From positions 3,104,001 to 3,168,000 of the forward strand of contig OZ001293.3 of the NCBI GenBank assembly GCA_963921275.4: a stretch of 64,000 bases of DNA, in the 5' to 3' direction. The notes under the pieces were generated by a model. The model ran no database searches. It worked only from the letters and a program-made list of their open reading frames with translations, and was not told where the DNA came from. Both the position numbers and the translations under genes were made by a program. This DNA is from an uncultured Hormoscilla sp. Lineage in GTDB: Bacteria; Cyanobacteriota; Cyanobacteriia; Cyanobacteriales; Desertifilaceae. Positions 11,111 to 22,777 of this stretch are shown here, one piece after another (positions within the stretch are counted from its first letter, which is position 1; the number at the start of each line of letters is the position of its first letter).

Positions 11111-11584
11111 TTAGTCTTTTGGTTCTCTTCCACCCGTCACTTGATCTCCTAGGGCCTTGATATCCTCTATCAACTCCTTGCGAGTAGAGGCACGGGCTAA
11201 ATAGCGCCAAATAAACCAACCTGAGTACCCGAGCCCGATTACTTCAAAAAGCGGTGATAGCAGGGGAATATCATTAATAGCATTGATCGCTGCTAGGATT
11301 ACCTTAACTGCAACAAATGCCACCACAATCAGAACCAGCATGGTTATTGGTCCCTGGTATTTAGCAAAAAAATCGCCCAAGTAATCTAACTTACCCAAAT
11401 ACTCTAGCGCTTGCTGCCCATATTCCTTCCACGGCTGTTTGGCCCAGCCTACCGACTTGGGTTTACTGATTGAACCGGATGGTTCATCCACAAAATCGAT
11501 CGAGGTTTTCACATCGGGTTCGGCGGTGGGAGTTGTCGCCTCGGGCTCTTTAACTGGTCGATCTTTAGGTTCTGGATCTGCCAT
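11111..11584 (-). CDS. CAAD-domain (CURT1/CurT-like) thylakoid membrane protein
   Basis: AINDIPLLSPLFEVIGLGYSGWFIWRYL...RKEL motif. Confidence 0.85.
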   Translation of the reverse strand: MADPEPKDRPVKEPEATTPTAEPDVKTSIDFVDEPSGSISKPKSVGWAKQPWKEYGQQALEYLGKLDYLGDFFAKYQGPITMLVLIVVAFVAVKVILAAINAINDIPLLSPLFEVIGLGYSGWFIWRYLARASTRKELIEDIKALGDQVTGGREPKD

Positions 11585-11642
11585 ATTGTTATCTCACTCA
11601 ATTACAACCTGTTTCTGGGGTGAATGGCGGGGAATGACGCCC

Positions 11643-11683
11643 CGGTGTCTCCTGGGTAGTGCGACTAGGGGTCGGGAGACACC
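11643..11683. repeat. ~42-bp hairpin small dispersed repeat CGRTGTCYCC...GGRGACAYCG (copies near 8511, 8820-8905, 10777, 11809, 36020-36140, 36800-36885, 57100-57273, 59625-59685, 60982)
   Basis: Recurrent arms and internal module gggtagtgcgactag / cgcactaccc. Confidence 0.85.
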
Positions 11684-11974
11684 GCTACTCAAACCATTCG
11701 TTAAATCAAAAACATACTTGACAGTAAAACAGAGCTGGATTATTTGCAAGCCTGGCTAATTACCATCAATTTTATGTTACAATAGCAACTTATCTCGACT
11801 TCCAAGGGCGGTGTCTCCTGGGTAGTGCGACTAGGGGTCGGGAAACACCGGAAGAATAAGGGTAGTGGTCAATATGCAGTGATTTGACTACAGTCTGCCC
11901 AGGGTTTCAGGTGCTAAAATCACTACTTGTACCCTCGCCTGACCCACTACCTAGACAAGCATGACTGGCTGCTG

Positions 11975-13006
11975 CTACTGGCTGCTGCTACTAGATTTGG
12001 CACTGACAATCCGTTGAGCCGTGACTTGATTTGGGCATGAACGGCCCTGCTCAAAGTCGGTGATGTTTGCGATCGTCGTCTCGGCAATCTTAGTCATGGC
12101 AGTTTCCGTGAAAAACGCCTGATGTCCGGTGATGAGCACATTGGGAAATGTCAGCAGCCGCCCAAATATATCGTCTTCAATTACGGTATCGGATAAATCC
12201 TCAAAAAATAAATCCTCTTCTTGCTCGTAGACATCTAAACCAAGATAGCCTATTTTACGGGATTTTAAGCCCTCAATCACCGCTTCAGTGTCAATCAATC
12301 CCCCGCGACTGGTGTTGATCAGCATTATCCCAGGCTTCATCTGGGTGATGGCTGACTTGTCGATCATATGGTACGTGGCAGGAACTAGGGGACAATGTAA
12401 AGTAATGATGTCCGAGGCCGGCAGTAGTGAGGGCAGGGAGACGTACTTAACACCTAGAGCTTCGCAATTGGGGTTATGTGCTACATCATAGGCTAGCAGC
12501 TGGCAGCCGAATCCTGTCAGAATTTGCGCCATGACCTCCCCAATTTTACCCGTCCCAACGATCCCGACTGTAGACCCGTGCAAATCAAACCCCAACAAAC
12601 CATTGATGGAAAAATTACCTTCCCGCACTCGTGCATGGGCGCGGTGAATTTTACGGTTCAGAGTCATGATTAGCCCGATCGCGTGTTCGGCAACGGCATA
12701 GGGCGAATAAGCGGGGACGCGCACCACTGTCATCCCTAACTCGGCGGCGGCCTTCATGTCTACGTTGTTAAACCCAGCACAGCGCAAGGCAATCAGGCGG
12801 ACGCCGGAGTCAGCTATTTTCTTTAAGGTCGTCTCATTGAGATTGTCGTTGACGAAGACGCAAACAGCTGCAAACCCTGATGCCAGCACAGTTGTTTCCG
12901 GCCCCATACGTGCTTCAAAAAATACCAGTTCATGTCCCTGGGATAAGCTTGCTGCCTCTAAAAATCGCCGATCGTAGGGTTTGGTGCTGAATACAGCCAC
13001 CTGCAT
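11975..13006 (-). CDS. ldhA: D-lactate dehydrogenase (D-2-hydroxyacid dehydrogenase)
   Basis: [12 protein letters not shown] start, [37 protein letters not shown]. Confidence 0.92.
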   Translation of the reverse strand: MQVAVFSTKPYDRRFLEAASLSQGHELVFFEARMGPETTVLASGFAAVCVFVNDNLNETTLKKIADSGVRLIALRCAGFNNVDMKAAAELGMTVVRVPAYSPYAVAEHAIGLIMTLNRKIHRAHARVREGNFSINGLLGFDLHGSTVGIVGTGKIGEVMAQILTGFGCQLLAYDVAHNPNCEALGVKYVSLPSLLPASDIITLHCPLVPATYHMIDKSAITQMKPGIMLINTSRGGLIDTEAVIEGLKSRKIGYLGLDVYEQEEDLFFEDLSDTVIEDDIFGRLLTFPNVLITGHQAFFTETAMTKIAETTIANITDFEQGRSCPNQVTAQRIVSAKSSSSSQ

Positions 13007-13102
13007 AAATTTAACCTCCGTGAGTTTTGGCACTAGGCTGGGACGCACCCCTGGGATCCGTCGGGGTGCGTTTTGATGATGGGCAATTAACCTGACTTTA
13101 TC

Positions 13103-13465
13103 TTACTGAGCAATTTGGCGCTCGATGGGTGCTGCTTGTGCTGGAGTCTGCATTCTCTGTAACTGCTGCCTGCGAAATTCTGCTGCTACGTCATTGATTT
13201 GTTGGCGCTGTTGAGTCCTGAACTGATTCATGTTCATACCATTATTCAACCGCGCCCGGTGGATCAGATCGTAGACACTACTGGCATTGCTCGAACCGGA
13301 GAAGGGGTCGGAACTGCCATCGGTGGTGCGTAAGTCCTCTAAAGGATCGATCTTAGTAGCTTGCGATCGCCCTGGCATGGGCAATAATAGGGATGCTGTT
13401 GACAGTCCAGCCAGCAGACTCAGTGCTAGACGGGTGTAAGGTTTCATTGATGTTGGTGCTCTCAT
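13103..13465 (-). CDS. Secreted hypothetical protein
   Basis: Signal-peptide-like N-terminus; co-oriented with the ABC operon. Confidence 0.65.
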   Translation of the reverse strand: MRAPTSMKPYTRLALSLLAGLSTASLLLPMPGRSQATKIDPLEDLRTTDGSSDPFSGSSNASSVYDLIHRARLNNGMNMNQFRTQQRQQINDVAAEFRRQQLQRMQTPAQAAPIERQIAQ

Positions 13466-13496
13466 TTTTCTTCCTCTGGTAACAGTAAGGTAAGCT

Positions 13497-14387
13497 TCAA
13501 GACAAGGTCCGACGCAGCAGGGGTTGAATGCCTAGTAGGGCTACGCCATCGAACAAGAGCAGAACTAATAGCGCTCCACCAAAGGTGACATCACCCCAAG
13601 GTGCTGACATGACAATGTTACTCAATCCCCAGTCACTGTGCAGATATAGATAACGAATGGGCTCGATCGCGTAACTCAGGGGATTGAGAGTGACAACTAC
13701 TTGTAACCAGTTGGGCATGAAGGATAGGGGGGCCAGGGCTGTGCTTGCGAACAACAGGGGCAAATTCGTAACAAAAATCACGGCTATCAGTTCTATGTGA
13801 CCCGGTAACGCAAAGGCTAGCCCCAAGCTTAAGCCTGTTACGCCCAATACTAATAAGAGAACAATCAGGGCGATCGTCCCTATACCTAGTAAATCTGGCA
13901 GGCCAGCACCCAGGAAAGCTCCCGCTGCGACAATTACTGCGGCTTGGATCAAACTCAGGGTAACGATATATATTGCCGATGCCAGGACAATGGAGAACCG
14001 GGAAGCTAACGGCGCTACCAGTAACCGGTTCAGGAAGCCAAATTCCCGATCGAACATCACTGGCAATCCGGCATTCAGAGCACCGGCGAAGGCTGTAAAC
14101 ACGATCACGCCAGCACCCAGAAACTGTTCGTAACTAACGATTTCTCCAAATAAGCCTTTGGGAGCATTTTGAAACAATGCGCCGAACAAAATTAACCACA
14201 TCAAAGGTTGAATAATGCCAGCGATCAGGGTTGAGGAACGACGTTGCAGCTGGATAAACAGGCGCTTGGTTAAAGCTAGGGTTTCTTGAGTTACTTCGCC
14301 GAAGCTGAACCCGGCCTTGATATTTTTTGCAGTTGCTGCGGACTGGATCTTTAAGTCTGGTTTTTCAGGGGTAACAGTGCTACTCAT
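13497..14387 (-). CDS. ABC-2 type exporter permease (DrrB-like)
   Basis: Multiple TM helices, DREFGFLNRLLVAP, NPLSYA. Confidence 0.92.
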   Translation of the reverse strand: MSSTVTPEKPDLKIQSAATAKNIKAGFSFGEVTQETLALTKRLFIQLQRRSSTLIAGIIQPLMWLILFGALFQNAPKGLFGEIVSYEQFLGAGVIVFTAFAGALNAGLPVMFDREFGFLNRLLVAPLASRFSIVLASAIYIVTLSLIQAAVIVAAGAFLGAGLPDLLGIGTIALIVLLLVLGVTGLSLGLAFALPGHIELIAVIFVTNLPLLFASTALAPLSFMPNWLQVVVTLNPLSYAIEPIRYLYLHSDWGLSNIVMSAPWGDVTFGGALLVLLLFDGVALLGIQPLLRRTLS

Positions 14388-14459
14388 CTTGGAATTTGGG
14401 ATGTTATATACTTCGATTTTTCTGCGGCAGGCGGGGACTACGCGGCAGGCGGGTAGGTT

Positions 14460-15479
14460 TTATCGCATATTCTGCTTTTTTTCTTTCTTCAGATCGCGGG
14501 TGCCTGCTGCTGCCAGTTCAGCATCGTTAATGGTTTGACCTGTGGCAGCGAGGTAAACATCATCTAAACTAGGGCGAGATTGAGCAATGCCAAAAGTGGG
14601 TAAACCAGCATCCTGCAATGCTTTCTGTACAGTCATCAAGGCGTCACTTTGCGGAGTTACCACTAAGTTCAGAGAGTTGCCTTGAGCCGTATTAATGATT
14701 GCCGACTGTACCATTGGTAGAGTAGAGAGCATCTGTTTGGCTTTTTCTGCTTCTTCGGCAGGGGAAAATTCCCGAATGCGCAGGGTGATGCGATCGCCTC
14801 CCACCCGGTCTTTCAATTGGGAGGGCGTCCCGGAGGCTATTACCACACCTTTATCTACGATCGCCACGCGGTCAGCTAAAGCGTCAACTTCTTCTAGATA
14901 ATGGCTGGTAATCAACACCGTTGTCCCATCCGATCGCAGTTTACGCAAAAAATTCCATACCGCCATCCTGCTTTCGATATCCAGTCCCACTGTCGGTTCA
15001 TCTAAAACCAGGACATCTGGTTTATGCAGTAGTCCTGCTGCTAAATCTAAGCGCTTCCGCAAACCGCCCGAGTAGGTGCCTGTCTTTTGATTAGCATACT
15101 CTTGCAGACCTAGCAAGTTGAGGGCAAAATTAATCCGTTCTGGAATAATTTTGCGGGGCAGATGGTAAAGTGCTGCTTGTAATTCTAGCAGTTCTCGTCC
15201 TGTGAGCACCTTATCCAGAGCCACTTCCTGCGCTACATAGCCCAGGAGTTGTCTCGCGACTTTGGGGTTGTCGAGAACCGAGATGCCTGATACTTCAATT
15301 AAGCCACTGTCGGGGGTGCTTAAGGTGCAAAGACAGCGCAAAGTTGTGGTTTTGCCCGCGCCATTGGGACCGAGGAGCCCAAATATCTCTCCCGGTTCTA
15401 CTTTTAGGGTAACGTCTTTCACCGCTGTCACGCTGCCGTAACGCTTTTGCAGATTTTCGATTAAAACAGCTGGAGCCAT
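14460..15479 (-). CDS. ABC exporter ATP-binding protein (DrrA-like)
   Basis: GPNGAGKT, YSGGLRKR, LDEPTVGLD, SHY, RPSLDDVY. Confidence 0.93.
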   Translation of the reverse strand: MAPAVLIENLQKRYGSVTAVKDVTLKVEPGEIFGLLGPNGAGKTTTLRCLCTLSTPDSGLIEVSGISVLDNPKVARQLLGYVAQEVALDKVLTGRELLELQAALYHLPRKIIPERINFALNLLGLQEYANQKTGTYSGGLRKRLDLAAGLLHKPDVLVLDEPTVGLDIESRMAVWNFLRKLRSDGTTVLITSHYLEEVDALADRVAIVDKGVVIASGTPSQLKDRVGGDRITLRIREFSPAEEAEKAKQMLSTLPMVQSAIINTAQGNSLNLVVTPQSDALMTVQKALQDAGLPTFGIAQSRPSLDDVYLAATGQTINDAELAAAGTRDLKKEKKQNMR

Positions 15480-15689
15480 TGGTCTGGTGTCCTTTGGGGA
15501 TGCTACATAAATCTTAACATGCTTTTTCTCTATTGTAGGAGGTTGCCATATTTTATATATTTGACATTATTTGACTATTCTATTATGTTTAGTGGGCGAT
15601 CGCCCCAATAATAACACACATATCTAGGAATTTGTCAAGGTTCGCCTGGGGAAAGGCAAAGAAGGTGGGCCTTGCCCATCCTACATTTA

Positions 15690-18600
15690 CTATTCTTTTA
15701 CAACTTCTAGTAACCACTCTTTGATCTGGCTTCTTTCTTCTGAAGATGCTCCCGAAATATTCAACAGCTTCGGAAGCAGCGATCGCCTCTGCTCGAAATT
15801 TTTCTTAATTTGAGGATAGGATGGTAATTTGCCATCCACTGCCAGATGAGTTTCTGGCAAGATTCTGACTCGATCTCATATTTCTTGACTGAGAGTCACT
15901 CCAGTAGTATGCCATGCAACACACTGACTCAAACACGAGAGCAAGCATATAGTTTCTCTAGGATCTGTTCTGCGATCGTCTAGCTTATTGAGAACCAGTT
16001 GAGCAGCTTGCTCAACATCTGTTTGCTTAGCTTGCCATCTTTCTGGTTGACCTAGACTTATTAGCCTTCCTAAAGCCCACGCTGCTTTCATTCGTTGTCC
16101 TAAATGTTGACCATTTGCGATCGCATCATATAGAAAATTCAAGGTTGTTGGAGAAGGCTGTCCGCATTTTCCCAGAGAATTGATAAATGATTGGGATCTT
16201 TTTTGATGTTTGTCGGAATTAAATGCTTTGATTATCTCTAAATCAAAACCATGCCAAAACAATTTACCCGGCGTTTGTGCCAGTGTTTCATATAAAGCCT
16301 GTTTTGATTTATTCATTGTTGATAAGTCACTCGTAAGCTTACTCTTAATCCACTGCTGAAACCTTTTTTCCAAATTATTCGCGTCTGTCGAGTCAATTGA
16401 CTGAAAAATTGTGCTTAAAGCCATCGCCGCTAGTAAAGCTTTAGTCTCGCTCAATGAATTAACCATACCACTCATATCTAGCCATCTGAGCAGTTCGCCG
16501 ATAATAGAAAGACGGTTTTTGGCTATAGCCGTTGTTTGTTCAAGTTTTCTGCGTTCTTGATGCACCTCCTTCTTGATAGTATTACTTGTATCACTATTGA
16601 AGCTGTTTGCAAGTGCTTCCCACTGATTAAAATTTACTCGGACTATTTCAGTAATGGGCTTCCCTTTTCTGAGTCTGGGAATAGAGAAAATAGATATTTT
16701 TTTAATCGCCTGACGCGAAACAATAGATGGAGGCTTATCTAAACCCCCAGGAGATGCCACCTCTAGCTTAAATCGCGCCTCACTACTTTCTTTGGGCGTG
16801 AGTGTCAGCAAAAGCCGTTCGTCAAAAGTGTATTCTACTTCAAGATTGAGAGTACAATTGGGTGGTAGGTTGGCGGCATTAATCTCCTCAATAGCAACTT
16901 GACGTAGCCTTTGCAGTGTAGTATTATGGTTGGGCTTCGTTCCCATTCCCACCCAAACCTTAAAGCTCAAATAGCCACTGCTCGTATCGGGTAACTTTAA
17001 TCCTGATAATACAGTTCTGTAGGGGTATTTTTGCCCTTGGGCTACCAGCAAACGTAGGGATCTTTTACCTTCGAGTACCTCAAGATAAATGTTGGTCGGA
17101 TTTACCCTTTGAGTTGACTTGAGTACACCTGCTGCATAGAGCGCTGCTCCCCTGGCTACTGCCCGATCGGGGTTATGACCATCTATGATGGGCACATCTC
17201 CAAATAAGCTTTGCAGGCGATCGCGTACCAGTGGGAAATAAGTCATGCCACCATTTAAGAGCACTGCATCGATTTTCGGGATTTCACCGCTGCTTTGCTT
17301 GGCCTTGAGGATAACTTCCAGCACCGGCACGATAAAGGTGTTAAGTCGATCCGTAAATGGAGGTTCATCGAAAGCCTTTTGCGGATCCAAGGCCGTTCCA
17401 GAGGCTAACGTTAGCTCTTCACAGAGTAGAGGTGAGATAATTTCTGCCATCTGAGATTTACTGATGTAGTATCTGATGGGAAATTGTCCCTCTAACAATA
17501 TTGGTTGAAAGAGGTACTTGAAATTCTCCTTATCCCCGGTACTACCATATTCAGCGCCCCACATCTTCTTAAACTTCTCAGAAAAAATTAGCAGTTCGTA
17601 GGCCAGTTTTTGACCATCGGCTTCAGAGAGATTTTTACATGCAGACCAATTATCTAATATATAATTGGCAATTAGCCGATCTATAGTATCTCCTCCTACC
17701 CGGGTACGGGAGCAAATTGCTAAATCATCAATGATAAAATAGTTAGCCGATTGATCCCACAGTACATTGTGCAGGGTGACATCTAAGGTGCCGCCACCCA
17801 AGTCATAGACCAGGATATTAGATGGCTGCATCACATCGAACAAAGGTGTCAGTTCGCCCTTCTGCACGCGATGCAAGTAATCATATAAAGCCGCTTGAGG
17901 TTCTGGGAGTAATACAACTTCCTCCTCTTGCCATCCCGCTAGCACTGCTGCTTTGCGAGTCGCTTCAATGGCATCTGATTCATAGGAAGCAGGATGCGTT
18001 ATCACTGCACCCTGCACTGAACCATACTTCTGGATTAGCTTATCTCGACAGAAAGCTAGTACCTTAGCAGCCGCTTCTTCAGGAAAAATTGTTCCCTCCG
18101 TCAGATCGTAAGCAAACTGCTTGCCATTGGTCGATCGGCCCATGTCATGTTTCCAGGCCAGAATAGTCTGGTCGCGAAAAGCATAAGCCTGAGCTTTAAC
18201 ATATCCCCCTACCTCTGCTTCAGTTTGTCCCTTGAAGCGGACCGCAGAAGGAATGATATCATTGGTAACTAAACCCTGTTCTTCCCTAATCGAAACACCA
18301 ACTGCTGCCGCAGTCCATTGCTTCGTCATCAGATTGACATTCGCCAGAGCCATGACTGTATTCGTAGTTCCCAAGTCAATCCCTACATAGGTAGGTCGCA
18401 TGACTTCTTTGAGAGGTTCTACATAATCAGCCACCTCCCGCAATCTATTACCGATCCGATCGCCAATGACTAGGGTTTCGATCCCTTTGCGTTTTAACCT
18501 CCCAAACAAACTAGCATAACCATTGTCATTACTGACAACAGCAATCATTGAGACCTGATAATCTGCATTACCAGTAATTTCATCAGCCGTGCGCTCGATC

Positions 18601-18827
18601 AGTCGATCGACCTCTTGAGACACGGGTTTGAGTCCAGGAGTCAACTCAAAGCGATAGCCAAACTCGCGAAAAGCTCCACCATAAGCGGTAAGTACCGACG
18701 GCGTATTAGAGAAAGCCCGGCGAACTACAAGTTGTCCATGTTTCTCATGATGAGTTTGACAAATTCTTTCTATATCAGCCAGTTTCGGCTTGATATTATC
18801 CAAATCAAGTAAGACAGCAATACTCAT
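15690..18827 (-). CDS. NYN (PIN-fold) RNase - Hsp70-like ATPase - helical-repeat fusion; TGA at 15876 followed by 61 more open in-frame codons
   Basis: NYN: LLDLDNI, EVD, VSNDNGY, KGIETLVIG; Hsp70: GIDLGTTN, THPASY, EPQAA, YDLGGGTLD, GGDTID, LNGG, NPDRAVARGAA; HEAT-like SLGKCG, AAWALGRL. Confidence 0.85.
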
Positions 18828-18852
18828 AATTTTCCTCCCTTCTAGTTTCCGC

Positions 18853-20700
18853 TTATTCCGTAACTTCCTTCACCCGAGCTGGCGTAATGACTTCTTCACC
18901 CACACGCCATCCCGGATGAATACAACGTACTACTTTTTTATCTTCTGAGTTAGCAAAAGCGGAGCCCTCAACATAAGCATATGCGGACAACTGCTCGCTC
19001 TGCAATTCAAAAACTTGATCCTCCTGGGCTGGATATCGTGTCACATTAAGTGAATTTAATGCTTGCAACAAATTTTCTAAAGCAATCAAAATGCCCAGAG
19101 AGTCGCTGGGAGACAAAGATAACTCCGAGTTTGACTCTGACATTTTATTTAACCGTTGGTACAGGAGCATAATTTGATCCAAAACTGGTTGATCCTGTTT
19201 CTGAAGAGTTGTGACCAATTGACAAACCGCTGATTGGAGTGCTTGAGAACGAATTTCTGACAGCTCTTTTTTCAATTTTTCATTTTCCTGCTGCAAAAGT
19301 TCCACTTGATTTGTGAGGTTAGCTTCAGTCTCTCCTAACTCCCAAACTAAATTCTGAGCGGCTTCCTCCTTAATTGCCGTCGGCGTGATGTTAAATTATT
19401 TTTGCAGTTGCAATCCTAACTCACCGAGAGACCAAGAAGCCCCCCACTTTAATAATGTTTTATAGCCATGAGATGAGTTAAGCAGATCGCGTACCTTTTG
19501 ATCTACTACTGAGGGAAGTTCCGCTAAAAATAAAAATGTTCTCTCTTGGGAATTTTTGAAATAGTCAATTACCTCACAAAACTCACTCAGCTTAGTCAAA
19601 TCCCGGTTTTCCGAATCCGCAGAATCCGCAAAAGCATATTCTGCTAGTTCGACAAACTTACTCAGATTTGCCTGAAGTTGCTGTCTAACTGTCTGGGGAG
19701 ACTCGCTATACTTTCTTGACAGGTAAAAAAAGAATTTTTCTGCCGTATCGTACTCAACTGAATCAAATTTTCGGTTAAGTATTTCCTTCCAGCTATCCCC
19801 TTCTTTCACAACTCTTACACATTTATGGTGAATAGGAGCAATAGCTTCCTGTCTTTCTTTATACTTCTGACTTTGCGGCACAAATCCCCTGTAGGAATAA
19901 TTGAGAAAATTCACTAATCTTCTCCAAGGAGATGATGCTAACTCCTTCTTCAAGAGTTCCACTTGCCGGTTGGCTTTCGTCTCTCCTAAATCCTGAACTT
20001 TCTTTATCTTGATATCCTTATTCACTTCCTTCTTTTCCTGCTTAACTTCCTTACGCGCGATCCCCAATCTCTCTTCCAGTTGCCATCCGAATTCATTCAG
20101 AAAGGGAGAAGCTCCCCACTGTAATAATGCTTGATATCCTGCCGATGAGTTAAGCATCTCCCGGTCCTTTTGCTCCAGAACGGAGGGAAGTTCTGACAAA
20201 AACCAATATGTTTTCTCTCGCGACTTTTTGAAATAGTCTATTACCTCACCCAACTCACTCAGCTTGGTCAAATCCCGGTTTTCCGAATCTGCCAAAGCAT
20301 ATTCTGCTAGTTCCACAAACTGACTCAGTTTTGCTTGCATTTGCTCTCTAACTTCCTGGGGAGACTCGCTGCTTGACAGGTCATCAAAGAATTTTTTGGC
20401 CGCCTCGTACTCAACTGAATCAAAATTTTGGTTAAGTATTTCCTCCCAGCTATCCCCTTCCTTCACAACTCTTACACATTTATGGTGAATAGGAGCAATA
20501 GCTTCCTGTCTTTCTTGATCTTTCTGGCTTTTCGGCATAATTTTTCTGTAGAAATCATTGAGACAATTCACTAATCTTCCCCAAGGGGATGCTGCCAACT
20601 CTTCTGGGGAAAATCCTGGTTGAACTGGTTTGTTTTTCTCTGGACGTGCCAATGCCTTATTTTCTGATGTCTTTTTCGGTTTTGGTTTTTCTGTCTTCAT
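18853..20700 (-). pseudogene. Tandem-repeat-domain / coiled-coil / GrpE-like protein split by one in-frame TAA at 19396
   Basis: ORFs 19396..20700 and 18853..19305 are in the same frame with no other stop between; C-terminal VVRCIHPGWRVGEEVITPARV resembles the GrpE beta-domain; two ~170-aa repeats (ELAASPWGRLVN / ELASSPWRRLVN). Confidence 0.7.
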
Positions 20701-20745
20701 TGCTATTGCTTATACGGATTGCGTTGTGCTGCGCGGATGTGCCGA

Positions 20746-20826
20746 TGACTCTCGGAAGGTCATCTGTGACTCCGGGAGGGTCAGATCGTGACTCTCGGAA
20801 GGTCATCTGTGACTCCGGGAGGGTCA
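20746..20826. promoter_or_regulatory. Array of four TGAC-N9-GTCA palindromes (two 43-bp tandem units)
   Basis: Sites at 20746, 20767, 20789, 20810 (21/22/21-bp spacing), ~45 bp upstream of the operon ATG at 20700. Confidence 0.6.
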
Positions 20827-20889
20827 TTTAACAATAGTCCGGACAGTTTTTGGGTAAACGGCTGAAACTGGCATTCTACCGTTGGTGAG

Positions 20890-21111
20890 TGAGAGCGTCA
20901 AATAATTCATGACGAATCTCTCTTAAAAGTAGGAATAGTTTAGCTTTTCGTATCCGTTTGGCCACTTGCCGCTCCGAAGATGAAAGTTCAATTGGGGGAT
21001 TCCAGGGGACTGGACGCATATGTCTACTCCTGTTTACATTTTTACAGGTTTTTATATTATACACACATTTTCGGTTTTTTGTCAACCCCCTCTACTGGAC
21101 CGACGCTCTAG
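20890..21111 (-). mobile_element. IS1182-like left-end remnant
   Basis: TIR CTAGAGCGTCGGTCCAGTAGA and MRPVPWNPPIELS start, homologous to 61075-61307. Confidence 0.8.
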
Positions 21112-21303
21112 CATTTCAATTATCGTCCGGGCTGAGTTGAGGGCGTTTCTGCCGGCTATCTGAGATTTTACCGACTCGGACAGGGTCTTGCCGTAGCGAT
21201 GGGCGATCGCCTGATAGACTTGAGCGTAAATAGGTTGTTCGGTATCTAGCAGCAGACCATCTAGATCGTAAATGATGTGAGTAATTTTTTTGAAGTCAGG
21301 CAT
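21108..21303 (-). pseudogene. HAD-family hydrolase truncated by IS
   Basis: IYDLDGLLLDTE motif I; ORF runs into the IS TIR (LERRSSR). Confidence 0.8.
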
Positions 21304-21570
21304 GGGCAGATGTCAGGTAAATCAGGTTTCTGGTAATTGTAAGCTAAAAGACCAGCCCTGTTGCTTGAAGCCCAAAGATTCGTAAACAGCATGGGCCCTC
21401 GCGCGTTTTAGACTAGAAGCAAAAGTCCGCCTGCTGCAAGCATATTCACTATCAATGCATCAGGGGCGACATGAGCCTTCAAACCCTTGCTATATAAGGC
21501 TTTGAGACGAATAAACCCGGGAACTCCTCTGTTATCGGGTTTCGTAATCTTTTGTGGAGATGCTTCCAAC

Positions 21571-22596
21571 CTAAAGGTTTTTGACTAAGCGAAAGCCAAT
21601 GTGAGTTGTTCCGGTATCGGGGGCTTGAGACTCCCGCGCTGCTGGTCGATAGCGACTACAATAATTCTGGGCACAGAGGTGAGAGCCACCTTTAATCACG
21701 TGCATTGCACCTTCATAGGGTTTTTTCGAATCGAAACTGTTAACTTTGTCAGGTCCGGATGGGTTGAGACTGTGACCTTTGCCATCGTGCCCCACCCGAT
21801 ACCAATCTGAGGTTAATTCCCAAACATTTCCCGTCATGTCATAAAGTCCATAGCCATTGGGGGGAAATGATTCTACTGGTGCCGTACCCAAATAGCCATC
21901 CTTTTTGGTGTTGAAGAATGGAAAGAAACCTTGCCAGGTATTGGCTTTTCGGGCCGAATAACTATCACCCCAACTGAATTCTTTATCTTTCAGACCGCCC
22001 CGGGCTGCATATTCCCATTGGGCTTCGGTGGGGAGAGATTTACCCGCCCACTTGGCATAAGCTACGGCATCATCGTAGGCTATGTGAACTACGGGATGGT
22101 TATCTTTGCCGATGATGTTGCTGTCTGGACCATAAGGATGTTGCCAGTTAGCACCGACTACCCAATGCCACCAGCTTAAATAAGCAATCTGCTGTATCCC
22201 TTCGGAGGGTGGCTGAAAGACGATCGAACCAGGTTGCCGTTCGGAGTCGGTTAGCCCGGGAAATTCTGCTTTCGGCAGAGGGATCTCGGCAATGGTTTTG
22301 TAGCCCGTGGCTTCCACAAATTTGCGGAATTCTGCGTTGGTGACTTCGTGGCGATCGATACAAAAACTATCCACGGTCACATCTGGCGCAGGAATCTCTG
22401 ACGGATAGTAACTCTTCGATCCGATGTTGAAAGTTCCTCCGGGAATAAAGATCATTCCTTCCGGACAAGAGGGATTGGAAGAGGAAGCGGCGATCGCATC
22501 TCCATTTAAAAGGCTAGGTAAAGCCAGAAATAGCGATACCGTCAGATAAAGCAGGGTAAGTTTATGGATTAAATAGGAAGCCCAGGGAGAATTCAT
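21571..22596 (-). CDS. Formylglycine-generating enzyme (SUMF1/FGE family)
   Basis: LPTEAQWEYAARGG, NGYGLYDMTGNVWE, KGGSHLCAQNYCSRYR, HIGFRL. Confidence 0.93.
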   Translation of the reverse strand: MNSPWASYLIHKLTLLYLTVSLFLALPSLLNGDAIAASSSNPSCPEGMIFIPGGTFNIGSKSYYPSEIPAPDVTVDSFCIDRHEVTNAEFRKFVEATGYKTIAEIPLPKAEFPGLTDSERQPGSIVFQPPSEGIQQIAYLSWWHWVVGANWQHPYGPDSNIIGKDNHPVVHIAYDDAVAYAKWAGKSLPTEAQWEYAARGGLKDKEFSWGDSYSARKANTWQGFFPFFNTKKDGYLGTAPVESFPPNGYGLYDMTGNVWELTSDWYRVGHDGKGHSLNPSGPDKVNSFDSKKPYEGAMHVIKGGSHLCAQNYCSRYRPAARESQAPDTGTTHIGFRLVKNL

Positions 22597-22777
22597 GGTT
22601 CAGTGTAGTTTCTGTTAATGTCTTGTATAGTCTTGTATAGTATTGCAAATTGGGGGTGAAATAGGAAATTTTTAAAGACTGTGCTGCCAATGCCTCAAAA
22701 TCCCCATTGAGATCGAGCAATGGAAAATCATTGGCAATTGACAGCAACAGTCCTCAAAAGAGCCTACAAGTTTTAAA

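Noticed and set aside
15876..19398. Programmed stop-codon readthrough or recoding
   Set aside because: The stops differ (TGA, TAA) and similar nonsense lesions occur throughout the window; decay is the simpler explanation
20746..20826. Mini-CRISPR
   Set aside because: Two identical 43-bp units with no unique spacers
21470..21545. CRISPR-leader-like AAACCCTTGCTATRTAAGGCTTTGA (also ~38400)
   Set aside because: No repeat array follows; probably a mobile-element-derived motif
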